NCBI GenBank assembly: GCA_002189035.1
Contig: NEEC01000010.1
Span: forward strand, 1,364,001 to 1,428,000
Reading direction: 5' to 3'
DNA length: 64,000 nt
DNA from: Utricularia gibba
Taxonomy: Eukaryota; Plantae; Magnoliophyta
Shown: positions 37,001 to 49,613 of the stretch, piece after piece
Layout of the letters: the number at the start of each line of letters is the position of its first letter
Numbering within the stretch: the first letter of the stretch is position 1
Position numbers and translations under genes: made by a program
Notes under the pieces: generated by a model
What the model saw: the letters and a program-made list of their open reading frames with translations, nothing else
Databases searched by the model: none
Told to the model about the DNA's origin: nothing

Positions 37001-40000
37001 TAGAATTTTTATCTTCATCTGAGAACTACGGGTTGCATCACTATTGAGTTTTTGTCTTCATTGCATGGATGTTTATAAACAGGAAGCAGATGCGATTAAC
37101 TCACAATAAACTCAAAATCCTGAAGTTTCGCCATAACAACATCTGCAAGTTTTTCTTCAAAAATGCACATCAAGTAACCTGAATAAAAAATTAAGATCAA
37201 CATAGTTTATAGCTGGGTAAAAATCACACTATATTTAAGTTGGGATAAAATAAAAAAAATGAAGACAAAACCAGCATTTTTCCATGATCAACTAAACAAA
37301 CTGAAGGACCAAACCTACCAATCTGATAAATGTAAACAATGCATGGCACAAGCTTGTTATGTGATGCATGAGGCAACCGCGCAAGTTCCAAAGATGAGAC
37401 CTGGAGATGCAGTTGATGTCAGATTTATGTATGAGGTTTTTGAAAGATTTCTACGAATAAGATTAATAACCTCTTCGAGAAACTCAGGCAATTCCTCATA
37501 TATTTGCCTCAGTTCATCCAACTGCATGCAAGAATTGAATTGGATCATGCAATTGAAGAGGAATGGAAAAGAACATATATCGTTTTTGTTTTTTTTTTTC
37601 ATCACTTGCTAAGTCATCTAAGAATATTCTACCTCTTCGCAGAAACCATCTTTAACTAGTGTCTCGTATCCTTTTTCCTTACTTCTGTTCACATCGATAA
37701 CACCAATTATCTTCAAAAGGAAGTTACAGAAAAAGGGTCAATAGAATAAATACTGCAAGAAAAAAGAAAATATGCACATCGCACTACAGAAAATGTGGAA
37801 CTTTTTCAAACGGTACGAGTTTAAATTAGATACAAAAAATTCACAGATTACTTTATGTATATGATCAGGTGTATGCTATGGTTTCAAGTTTAACTGCATA
37901 TTGAATAAGTTACAATTTTAACCTTGTGGCAACACAAAAATATTTTTATATTGAAAAACTGATAGGGATTAAAGTAGAATTGAAAAAGGGAAGCAAAAGA
38001 GGAGCAGACCAGCTCGTACACATATGCCAGGTCTGAAGAGATGCAAAGGTCTGCCTGCAGTTTCGTATAATAAAAACAGACAAATTAATTAAATGGAAAA
38101 CAGCTCTTATTTTTTGTTATTACTAATCGTTACATAATGGAAACAAAACTGCTAGATGCCAGCTAGGATTTACCTTCTCAATGACATCCACATCAAAATG
38201 CTCCAGTTGCTCTTTAGTTGTTCCAGAAAAGCCTACTTCAAGTATCTTGTTTATGTGCAGAATACAACATATGCTCTGAAAAAGCGAGTACCATATCATC
38301 ATATTTAAAAGTAACATGAATATACTACCAGTGAGCAAATGTAAGCAAAGAATGCGACACTACAATCCTAAAATTCAGTAAGTGCAAATCATATTCAATT
38401 ATATAAGTACGAAAATATGAACAAAATGGTCTCTGAGAGTGAATCTGTGATTGCTAAATAAAGAAACTCTAATAAGACAAGAAAAACAAGGGGTTGATTA
38501 AGCTAGGAAAAGCCCATAATGATCAACAGATAAAAGTTTTTTTCAGAGATTTCTTAATCTGAAATGGATGTCATACCTTTAAGAAAGAGCTCCAGTCACT
38601 AGACGTGCATACTGAGCTTGGGGAATTAATTTTCTTTGACAAATAAAAAAGCGTGTGAAAAGTGGGTTTCAAATGAAGTTCCAATGAAACAAAAACAGCG
38701 CATGCATTGACAAAGAACAATAAGGAACCAGAGAAACATATAAGATGGTGAACCTTGAGAATGTGCGGAATATCTTTCACATTTTTTAGTGTTTGACGCA
38801 ATGAAACTGATAGCTCTTTGGCACAAACAAAGAAAGATATCTAAAATGGTTAGGACAACTTCCAAGTACATTGACAAGATAGAGTGTAATTACTCAAACA
38901 AAATGTTTATTTTAAATCTCCAATCACGGGAAAAAAATTATGATTAAAGATAAACTAGAGTGATGATGTGCTCAAAAAAGTATCCCTATGCAAACAGAAA
39001 TGAATCAAGCAGATCAACATATTAAATTATTTGCAGTAAAATTAAATCAGAAGACATTGGAAATAACAAGGATACAGCATTCAGGCGACTGTTTAACTTT
39101 TCAAGGTCAAGTATGGGCCTAAGGAACCAGCTCCTATTCATATGGCAAGATTTTTATGGTATAAATGATGATAAAAGATGATGCAGCTGTACTAACATAC
39201 AATATTACCTTAACAGGCGTCTTCCCATTGGAGTAACACACTGAAAAAAAATGTAAGAGTAAGCCCCACAGTAAATTAGCAAGAAATTTGAAAATAAATG
39301 GCAGATTTATACAGAATACCTTATTCATCATTCCGAATACAGAGAACCTGCAATGAGAAAATTAGAGAGTATTTAAGTAAACAGCTTAAAGATAAATCAT
39401 TCCATGATTCTAAAGCCTTATCAAAACAAACGCTGGCATGAACAGAATATCAAGAATGGTAACCTACACCTTACCCTTCCTTGGATCTTCCGATACCCAT
39501 GTGACTAGGATGCTTGTCGGTTTGGAAAATTTGTAATGCTTCATGGGCTGCTGAATCAACATTGAGGAAATTGCTCCTTAGTTTCTTTCGTCAAGGTTTT
39601 CTTTCTCAAATAGATCAGGTTCCACCAGAAAAAATGGACAGAAGAAGCTAAAACAAAGAGCTGAAATCCATGTCAAGAGAAATTTAAAGATACAATGGAA
39701 CTTCAGCAAGTGCATTGATTGCTATTGAGGTGCCTCTGCCTTCCTTCTGTTCAAGACTATCTATAATCCTTTCATTTTCTAATATGGCTAGAAGGCCCCC
39801 AGTTGCACGGACTTGGACGTCACTTCTAATATCCATCATTGAACTAAGCTACAAAAAGTCAAGACAATAGCATAAGATACATTCGATTATGAAGCAACGC
39901 CCCTTTTATCATACATCAAGATCATGACAGTACGTTTATAAAACGCCAGAAGCATCCAAATCATTTTTTATCTGGCGGGTGCTAACAGGTCTACTGACCA

Positions 40001-41697
40001 GATTGTATGACAGTTTCAATGAGTCCTACTGTACCCGGGACTGTTAATTATCATTTTTCGTTGCAACAAAATGAGCCATGTAAATGAACTATCTTTCAGT
40101 TTTCCCATGCTTATCTTACAGAAAATAGAACCGAGATTAAAAAAAAAGCCAATCTATCAACACTTCTTCAACATTCAGTAAAACCAGTTCCAATGAGTTT
40201 CTATTACCATGGACATTTTTTTATTTTTAGTCTAATGTAATAACATATAGCTCAACTTTTTTTTTTCATTTTTTGGATTCCTCTCGGCAGTATCTAAGAG
40301 GACAAGGTACAAGCAAAAGGAAAGAAAATAGTTTCTATTGCTAGAGAACACATAAATGTCACTAAATATGGTTCCCAAGGGGTAGCGCATCAATGTTTTA
40401 CAGATTATAACAAAGATCCTACGCCACACCCAAACACATATACAAACTCAAAAAATTTCAACTTACAACAGAAGTCCTTTCTTTGATATTCAAGTCTTCG
40501 CCCATCCCTGTAACTTTTAGGTACATCAATCTGTTTTTTCCAAGCAAAGGAGTATACGGACAAGAAATCATCATATGAAAAGAATAGCCACGTGTATAGA
40601 ATGTGAAATTTGAAATTTTGTGTTTGAGGGAGGAAATGGAAGTATGTGACCAAAATTCTCCAAATATAACGTAAATATGGTTCAAATACACTGCTATCAA
40701 CGCTACAGATAACTATGTAGTGCTACACTCACCTGTGCCATGCTTGCTCACAGCTGAATAGTGAACTTTTCATTAGCTTGACTGTTGGAGTAGAAGCTAT
40801 CCTATCTATTTAAGTCGTAAGACAGAGAAAAGTGAGAAAATTTCAAGTATCATATGAATGTTGAACCGGATATCAAGCTTGCCATTGTTTTGCAAAGCAG
40901 CAACCAGAGGTTGTTCACTCTTGGTGCTAGTATATATGATGCTCGGCTGGGCTTGATATTTGACTATACAAGCAGACAAAACGTAAGAGTACAGAATCAT
41001 AGATAGCAATACAACACGAAGTTTGTCCTACATACCCATTTGAACCAGTGGAAAATCTTCGTTTGCATCCTCCCAAAACTCCATAACACTGACCTGAGAA
41101 ATGCTGGAATCATAATAAGAGATTCCCACTCTGCAAAATGGCATTCCGGTTAGTTTCCCCAGCTAAGGCCTACCATGCATAGAAGAAACTATTTTCAAGA
41201 GAAAACACCAGTTACCTATGGCCTTGCATGATGCATGACATATAGACCTGATTGTTGAAAAAAAAAAAAAATATCACAGCAGAATGAACACCAAAGTAAG
41301 ATATTTAAAGCATCAGGACGAATTGTAACACGACTGAAGAAAACAGCACTCAGCACGGCCTGTGCACTGTTCCGTTCTCGGAAAAGAAAAATATTAGACA
41401 AAACCACACAGGATACTGAACAAGAGATGTTGATACATTGCAACATCATCAGTTTGACACGTTAACCAACCGCTCTTACGAATGAAAATACTATTAACTT
41501 AACATGATTACATTTCGAAACACGCGCCGCTTGTTAAACAACAGGAATCGCAAGCCGTTCATTTATGATCAGCAACAAGGCGAAATGTGCAGTGAAACAA
41601 ATGACTCCGAATATCCAAAGTAAAAAGTAAGAAGCAGCAAAGAGAGACAATAGAAATCAACCTGAGGTTGAGCATCCGTTTCCTCGACTTCCTCCAT
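34035..41697 (-). CDS. MSH5: MutS homolog 5, meiotic crossover protein (34 exons)
   Basis: [12 protein letters not shown]|[11 protein letters not shown] start; [29 protein letters not shown]; Walker A GPNYSGKS; STFMIDL; Walker [10 protein letters not shown]; STHL. All 34 exons traced by hand join in frame. Includes two U12-type introns and one GC-AG intron. Confidence 0.95.
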
Positions 41698-43221
41698 GGA
41701 TCATCGACAAGACTAAGAGCAAGAGAGAAAACGTGACCGATACGTTTGAGTACGCTGAAATGGGGAGCGCATTTTGTATCCGTTACAACCTCATCTTAAC
41801 GGTTGAAAACGAATCTGGTTATTTCAAAGTATCACACATTTTTGTTAAACCTCAAATAAATAATAACCTGAAAATTAAATTCTGAATAAAAAAGTAAAAA
41901 CCATTACTGAATTTAAAAATATATATATGCAAAATGCAGGTTTATTTACATCATTCTTTCCCAGATTAAAATAGTTAATTTAGGATTGTTATATCAAACA
42001 AACTAATATGAATACCTATATTTGTGTTACTTTATTAAAATTAACCAAATAAAAAAATTATTTATATTCATTTATTTAAAATTTATGATACTCTTGCACA
42101 TATAATTTATGAATTATTATATTTATTTGTATTTGAAATTAATTGATAGAAATAATATATTTATATAATTCAAATTTAAATATAAACATTTTATATTAAT
42201 AGTTTTTGATAAAGTATGTAAGAAATAAAATAATTGAATATCAATTTTAGAAATCAAGGTATATAAATTATTAAATTGCTGTAATAATCATTATTTTATA
42301 ATTAAAATTTGATATGATTCAAAAGAAACATAATATTTAAATATAAATTAATATTTCATATATTTCAATCAAAAAAATGATCTAAAATCATTTATAATTT
42401 AACTATTAACACTAACAATAATTTATAATATCACATATATTATAAGAATAATCACAATTTACTTATAATATAAATTAAAATAATATAATTTATATTATTA
42501 TTTTATATCAATCCAAAATAATAAATTTTGATATGAGATTAATATTATAGTCAAATGAAATCGAACACAATCAAAAATCAAAATATCAATCTCATTTGTG
42601 TTAGTTTATTGAATTAATTGAATATAACTTTTATACATGTTTGCTTATTTATACTATTCAAAAAAATAAAAAATCTTGATTAAGTCATACACAAGTTGTT
42701 CGTTGATTATAACAACCCAAAAAATTTACATTAATTCAACCAATTGATATCTCCGGTTTTTTTTTCCCTTATTTTGCATGGTGTGGCACCGAATTCTTGG
42801 CCTTGGGCCCGGCCCCCATGGGCTACGCCACCGTGAATCAGGCAGGCCTTGTACCTGAAAGAGGCCTCTTTCAAGGGTCCGGCAGGGAAAAGTCCGAGCG
42901 GACGGTCTACCGGCGCCGAGCCGGCCGGCCGGCAGTCTTTCTCGATGGTCTGGCAGGAGTGTAGTTTTTCTGGGCATACTAAAAATTACTATTACCAACC
43001 CTTAAAGACACGGACTGTTCTCGAAATGTTGTTGCACAGTCACTAACCACTCTTTCTTCTATTACTATTCCGGCATGCTCACACGGCATTCAGAAAATGA
43101 GGGCATCGGTGCTGACGTGGAAGTCACGACTGTAAAACTCTTGCAATGAGGGCATCTGCGTCGAAATTCTTGCAAAATTCGACCAAAGAAATGAATTAGT
43201 TGTAATGGGGAAACGATGGAT

Positions 43222-44656
43222 TTACAGAGGGGAATCTCTGACGAGGCTCATCGCTTCAACCATCGTTTCTCTGAATCGCTGGACATCCACTCTAACGTTC
43301 TGGCCATTGAGATACACTTCTCTGCCCACACTGCTGGAGAAAGCTTCAGTTGGATTACTGAAGACAGTGGAATTCCTGGCGGCGAACACTTTCCAGAGTG
43401 AGCTTTCCTCAGGCCTGATCTCGTACTTGAGATAATGGACACGCATTGCTCTGGCAGGGTCCCCGTAGTACGCCGCGGCGGCCCAGTTCAGGCCGATGAG
43501 ATCAAGCTGCACCATCACCGCGCCGTCCGGCAAGAAAACCTCGTTCGTCAGGCCGGCGCCGTGTGCCCCCACGAACACGCTGCAGGAATTGACGATCCTG
43601 GAGAAAACTTTGAGATTCGATATTGTTTTTGATCTATGGATGACGATTACTTCGAAACCCAGTTCTCGCATCATGGTGACGAGTTGTTCTTCGTTCAAGA
43701 TCCGTCTTGTTGATCTTCTGGAGAGGAGCAGTAGTCTCGGCTGGCTGATTTGGGAGACGTGGTTGAATCTCAGGTTAAGTGATCGCCGGAGGAAATTTCG
43801 GAAGTCAACTATCGAGAGCCCAGTTGGAACATCGCCGGGATCTATGGAGAGGTGGTTGTGGAATTTCAAGCCGATTACGCCTCCGGGGAAGCAATGAACC
43901 GTTCTGTTTGATTCCCGATTTATGATCTCCGACGAGGTCAGGGCCGCCAGTACGGCGGAATATTTCTTCATGAAGGCCTGATTGTAATCCTCCACGATGA
44001 ACACGACATCGGAATTCAACCGCCGCGTGGTGATGAACAGAGGGATTATGATCTCGTTTATTTCGTGGAAAACGTTGCCGACGAATCCGCTGGTGGAGAA
44101 AACCACAGCCGGGAATTTGTGGTTATGCTGGCAAAGCGGCTGAGAGAAATTCCCGGCGGATATCTTCACCGGCGTAATCCTCTGCATAAGCACTTGATCT
44201 TCCTGCCGCGCGTAAGGCCTAATAACCGTTTCTTCAATTGACGACGGCAACGGAGACTGCACAGTCACCGTCATCGTGGTTGTGTCTATCAGCAACGGTG
44301 CGTCCGCTACACAGTGCTTGGAATAAACTCCGGTGTTACAGGCGAAACCGGTCGCCATCATTCTTTCCGATCATCTCCTGTTGATTTCACATCCCTGCTT
44401 AATAGAAATCCAAAACAGAGCCACTTGACAATCAATTACCTCTGAGTAGAATATCAAGAGAACCACCGCTCCGTCTCTCCTCCTTCTTCCCCTGGCCGGA
44501 AATTCGCCGGAAAAAAAAGTGCTTCGAAGCTTCGATGGCCCGCGAACGAGGAACTCCGTTACCCCACGAAACCTGAAGAAGCAACCAGGGGAAAAGGATA
44601 CAGAGGAACCAAAAACACAAACTCAGAACGAATCCCTTCCTCTGCTCTGTCTCCAT
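43222..44656 (-). CDS. Glycosyltransferase family 61 protein, copy A (xylan arabinosyl/xylosyltransferase-like)
   Basis: Exon 1 (44656-44440) carries the membrane anchor and ends LLRG|. Exon 2 (44377-43222) has AVVFSTSGFVGNVFHEINEIIIPLF, LLLSRRSTRRILNE and FVGAHGAGLTNEVFLP. Apparent 1-bp deletion at 44364-44366. Confidence 0.9.
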
Positions 44657-47600
44657 ATACAACGCACCCTTCTCTTTCCCCACAAACCCGAACCCCACCC
44701 TCGATCAGAAATCCGCCATAGCCATGGAGCTTCCCCACTCCGATGCTCGTATTGCAACGAAGTCTCTTTAGTTTGTGTAGGGGAAGACTTTTTTTGTTAC
44801 TTGTTTGCTTGCAACGCCGGGTCAAGAATCCTTTTGCTGTGAGTCACAGAAGAAGACATTTATCCTTTATGTTAAACGCCTAAAACAATCAGCTCCATCT
44901 TCAACTACGATTCCGGAAATCATTCTCCAAATCGATTTCATTATTTATTCAATTTTTTACTCATAATTTAAAAATCAATTCGGTATTCTTTTTTGCTGAA
45001 ATAATTGAAAATTCATGCACGTAACCCATATTTTAGATTGATTTTTTTTTCTACAAGATTAAAAATGATTATCTTAATTTTAAAATACAGTTCATCAGTA
45101 GGTGTCCAAGTGTCATGAGTTTTTAATTTGGTTTAACGAATCAATCTATTCTTAGATGATATTATATGTTTCTATTCAATTTTCATAATTTTACGTTCTT
45201 TTCTCTTAGAATGAATATATTATACAAGATTTAGATAATCATTCTACTTAATTTCTTTTTCTTACTCATTTCTAATCTATGGAAGATTCATCTGAGGTGG
45301 TTATGCCACCGGCCTTACAATATAGGGAGGCTAATTTTTAATCAAGTGATTTTTAATTGGCCGTTTGGCTAATCGAGTGTTTACCACGGCTACGGATTAA
45401 TTAATTTTCTCAGCTGTAGATAATGCCTTCCCATTTGTAACCGTCATTAAGGACCACCCAAATCACACCCATAAAAAAAAGGAGCAATTTGTATCGATTT
45501 GACCATTTTTATTTATTTATTGCTAGTTTATTCGCTGTAAAAAGCACAAGCTGTTTCTATAATTTGGAGGAGATTTCGCGTTTCAAAAATAAATTCAAAA
45601 ACTGTAATTTATCTCCAAATACATTAGGGGTGTGACTACTAAGAAAGCATAGGTTGATGGAAGTATAATAAAATAGGTTTAATTTATTTGAATTTAAATA
45701 AAGATATCATAAAAATATTCAATTTTCATATAGTATTTGATTATTAGTATTAGAATTCTATTTTATGTATAAGGTAAATGTATTAGGTATGTAAATAATA
45801 TGGTCTATATTTTCAATGTATTTCTTTTAGATATCTATATAGGAGATGATCATTTTGCAAATAAATTTTACCATAGAGGAATGATCATCTTTTAAATTTA
45901 CATTTTTTTAATTAGTAGCTTGAGTGGTCATCAGAATCTTGGAAAAAAAATTAAAAAAAAAACTAAATCCAAAAATGTATTGAAAGATGATTTTGGATAC
46001 CTTCCCAAATAGTATACTAAATCATATTTTTACCGACGTTATTAAATTTAGAAAATCATTAAAAAAAACAAGAAAATCAATCATAACCAGCCTGTGATTT
46101 TGACCTGCAAAACCAGCCACCAAATCATTTTACTCAATAAAGAGAATGGAAATGTATTCTATATTATAGTCTAATTCCGTGAATTTTTTATTCGAATAGA
46201 ATAAATTTGAGAGAATCTATACAGAATCCGTTTAAAGACATTTGTCCCAATGGACCGATCCTATCTCGGAGGTAGACTATTTAATATCATCCAGGCTATT
46301 TTGATTTAGGCCATTTAGAAAATTGTATATAGAGATTTCTCTCTCACACACCAAATTTTTATATATAAGATAACTATTTTTATCATATTATATAATGATC
46401 ATTTTTATCACACATTTAAAATAAAATATCCATTTTGTAATACATCTCTTTTCTATTTGACTTTCGGGTACGCCTACCAGTCCCGAATTCAAAATCACGT
46501 AACACGCGCATCCCTCCCTTTTCTAACACACAAAACACACAGATTTGACCGTAAAAAGATTGCAGAGATGGATTTTTTCTTAATTAGAAAAGACAAAACT
46601 ATCCCGACCTCATATTATTTCTTCAGTTTTCAATAAAATTGTATATGTGGTTTTGATTTATCTTACATAGATTTTAAATTAAATTATTAGTTTAATTTAA
46701 AAATGAGTAATTTCATGATCAATCACCATGCAATGAACGGCTTTAATCATACTTATGTTTCATTCGATATTAGAACATAGATATAATAATTTAAAAATAT
46801 CATGCATATATTAAATAAATCATATTTTAAACCCAATATCTGAATTTCTTCCAGGATTTCCTTTTCATTTTAAAAAAAAAAGGGGATGGTGTCACGCAGT
46901 GGCAGTCTGTCGTGTATTGGACAAGGGCTATATAGGGTTTTCACAACTCTAATACAAATCAATTTAATTCGTTTCGGCGAGTGAAAGGTACTCTCGATAC
47001 GACGCCGTGCTGTTTATTCAGGGAAAGTGACGTAAACCATCAGTTACGTGGACGTGCCATGCCGCTGATCACGTTCTGCCCAAGTGACCTCATTTCTTGA
47101 TTTGTTTAATTCACGCTTAAATTAATAAACAATATTAAATTGAATATCTATTTGGGTTAATTATAGTGACTGATGTGACGTCGATCATCACGTCTAACCA
47201 TTTCGAACCCTTGATTCCTCTGATACTCATTGCCCATAATTAATAAAATACTTAATTAAGGTTCAATTAAGCTGCTTTTAAAAGCCGAGCGAGCTGTTAA
47301 CCAGTTGGGTTGCCGATTTTGACCTCTGCGGTTTTAACGGAAAAAAGCCTCAGCCGAACCATTTGACGGATCAGGAAGCTTAGTCTTTCTGATTTCCAAT
47401 TCAATTAGTGGTTCATATTAAATCAAATACTCCTATATTAGGAAATTAAATGAAAATAATCAATTATATAATAAATTATAAATCATTAATAATAAATTAA
47501 ATCTAATATTTTAAATTTTGATTAATATTTATGATGTATTTGAGTTTCACATATAATTGTTCAATTCGTTGAATAGATGTATTACAAATTTGAACATTCT

Positions 47601-48089
47601 TGATAAAGTGTGTGAAAAAAGTGATCAATCTCAATTAAAAATTTTTACATGAGTGATAAGAAAGAGTGTAAAATTGATCACTTTTATAAATGAATTTACA
47701 TTAAATAGCTTGTAAATGATTATATTATATATTAATAACTAATGAAGTACTTGGATGGTGTGGTATGTGATATTGGGTCACTCAATCAAATTTTTATATC
47801 ATATCATGTTTGGTATGTTTTTTTTATAATTTCAAATACATATGTAATGATAATTACGTTTTTTTATACGTATTTTTTTATATAGGGTAATTTGCAAATA
47901 TGTAATAACCTCTATAATTATATTTTTAAAAATGATTTTCTCATAAAGTTATGTTGACCAAATTAGTTATGACTTTTTTTCATTATTTTGTATAGAATAT
48001 CATTTTAAAATATGTTCATTTATGAAACATATTTAATAAAAATAATTTAAATAAATGAATAATTGAAATACAAATTAAATTACGCAATT

Positions 48090-49613
48090 TTATTCCCCTG
48101 TGTCGTCTGTTACAAAACTGAGTGCTTCCACCAAGATGTCTCTGAAGCGTGTAAGATTCACCCTGACGTTCTGAAGATCAAGGAATACCGCCCGTGCCGC
48201 TCGGTAGCCGCCTTTCCGATAAACGGAGTCGGGGTCGGTGACGACGGAGCTGTTTCGGCCGTACAGTTTCACAAGTGAACTCTCCTCTGGCTGGATTTTG
48301 TACCTTAAATAGTGGACCTTCATGGCTCGGGCTGTGTCGCCGTAGTACGTGTCGGAACCCCACCCCGTGCCGAGAAGCTCCACCTGAATCATGACGGCGC
48401 CGTCCGGAAGGAAAATCTCGTTCGTCAGGCCGGCGCCGTGAGGCCCCATTAGAACTTTACAGGAATTGATCATCTGCGCGAATCTTGTCAAATTGGACAT
48501 CATCCTTGATCCTTTGATTACTACCACTTCGAATCCCACTTCTTGAATTAAGGAAATCAGAGCTTCCTCGTTGAGGAATCTTCGTGTGTTTGTTCTGGAG
48601 AGGAGTAGCAGTCTGGGCTTTCGAATCTGGGAAACGTGGGTGAACTTCAGATCATAAGCTCGCCGGAGGAGTTGCCGGAATCTCGACATGGAAGCCCCCT
48701 TTGGAACCGCGCTGGAATTCAACGCTAAATTGTTGTGGTACTTTAATCCCACGACCGCCGCCGGGAAGCAGTGGATGCTCTGGTTTTCCGATGGATTAAT
48801 CAATTTGTAGGCTGAAAGTTGGGAGAAAATCCTGCTGTACTTTCCCACGAAGGATGGCCTGTAGTCTTCGAGAATGAATTGGACTTGAGATTTGAACTGG
48901 TGGGTGGTGATGAAGAGGGGGATTATGATTTCGTTCATCTCGTGGAACACATTTCCGGTGCTGCCGGAGGAGAATACCACGGCGGGAACGCTGTGGTTAA
49001 AATCACACGACTCCGGCGGTGCCTCTGTTGTGTTTCTGATGTGAACCATAGTCACCGGCGATATGTCCTTTAGAGGTTCTTCCTGCTTGGCGTATGGCCG
49101 GACCACCATATCGGCACCCGAAGACTCCCCTGCATTGATGTAAACCGTGATGTTCTTCTTCTTCGTGTTAATCATCACCGGAATCTTCGATACACAGACG
49201 ATAGAATCAAGAGCTATGTCACAAGCAAATCCCTCCCGATCAAAATTTCTCCGATCTTCACCTGTTTCCCCAAAAACATCAATTCATCTAATCAACACAA
49301 AACCCACAACCAGAAAGCCGAGGATCACAAACCTTCAAAAAATCTCCCCAACCGGTCTCCCTCCAAGTCTCCCCCGCCGCCGCCCCTGTTCCCGGCGAAG
49401 AAAAGTACTGGTCCCCTGCCATTTTCACGACTCAGAGGCAAAGAAAGGAACAAATTCCATCAACCCACAAAGCAAAAACCAAGATGTACGTCGGAAAAAA
49501 GGCGCCCTCTTTCCCAACCAAAAGTCAGCGCCGCCGTAAACAAGCAGCAAAGCGACCAACATAACCATCGGAGTTGAGCTGAAGACAAGAAGACTCTTCC
49601 CCTTCTCTTCCAT
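48090..49613 (-). CDS. Glycosyltransferase family 61 protein, copy B (tandem paralog)
   Basis: AVVFSSGSTGNVFHEMNEIIIPLF, LLLSRTNTRRFLNE, GPHGAGLTNEIFLPDGAVMIQV, YLRYKIQPEESSL. Collinear with copy A. The 5' exon structure (49613-~49250) is partly ambiguous. Confidence 0.9.

Noticed and set aside
41900-42720. Very AT-rich tracts (also 47400-48060, 53300-54000, 57330-57720) as defined transposons
   Set aside because: Probably TE-derived, but I could not identify paired termini or target duplications by eye.
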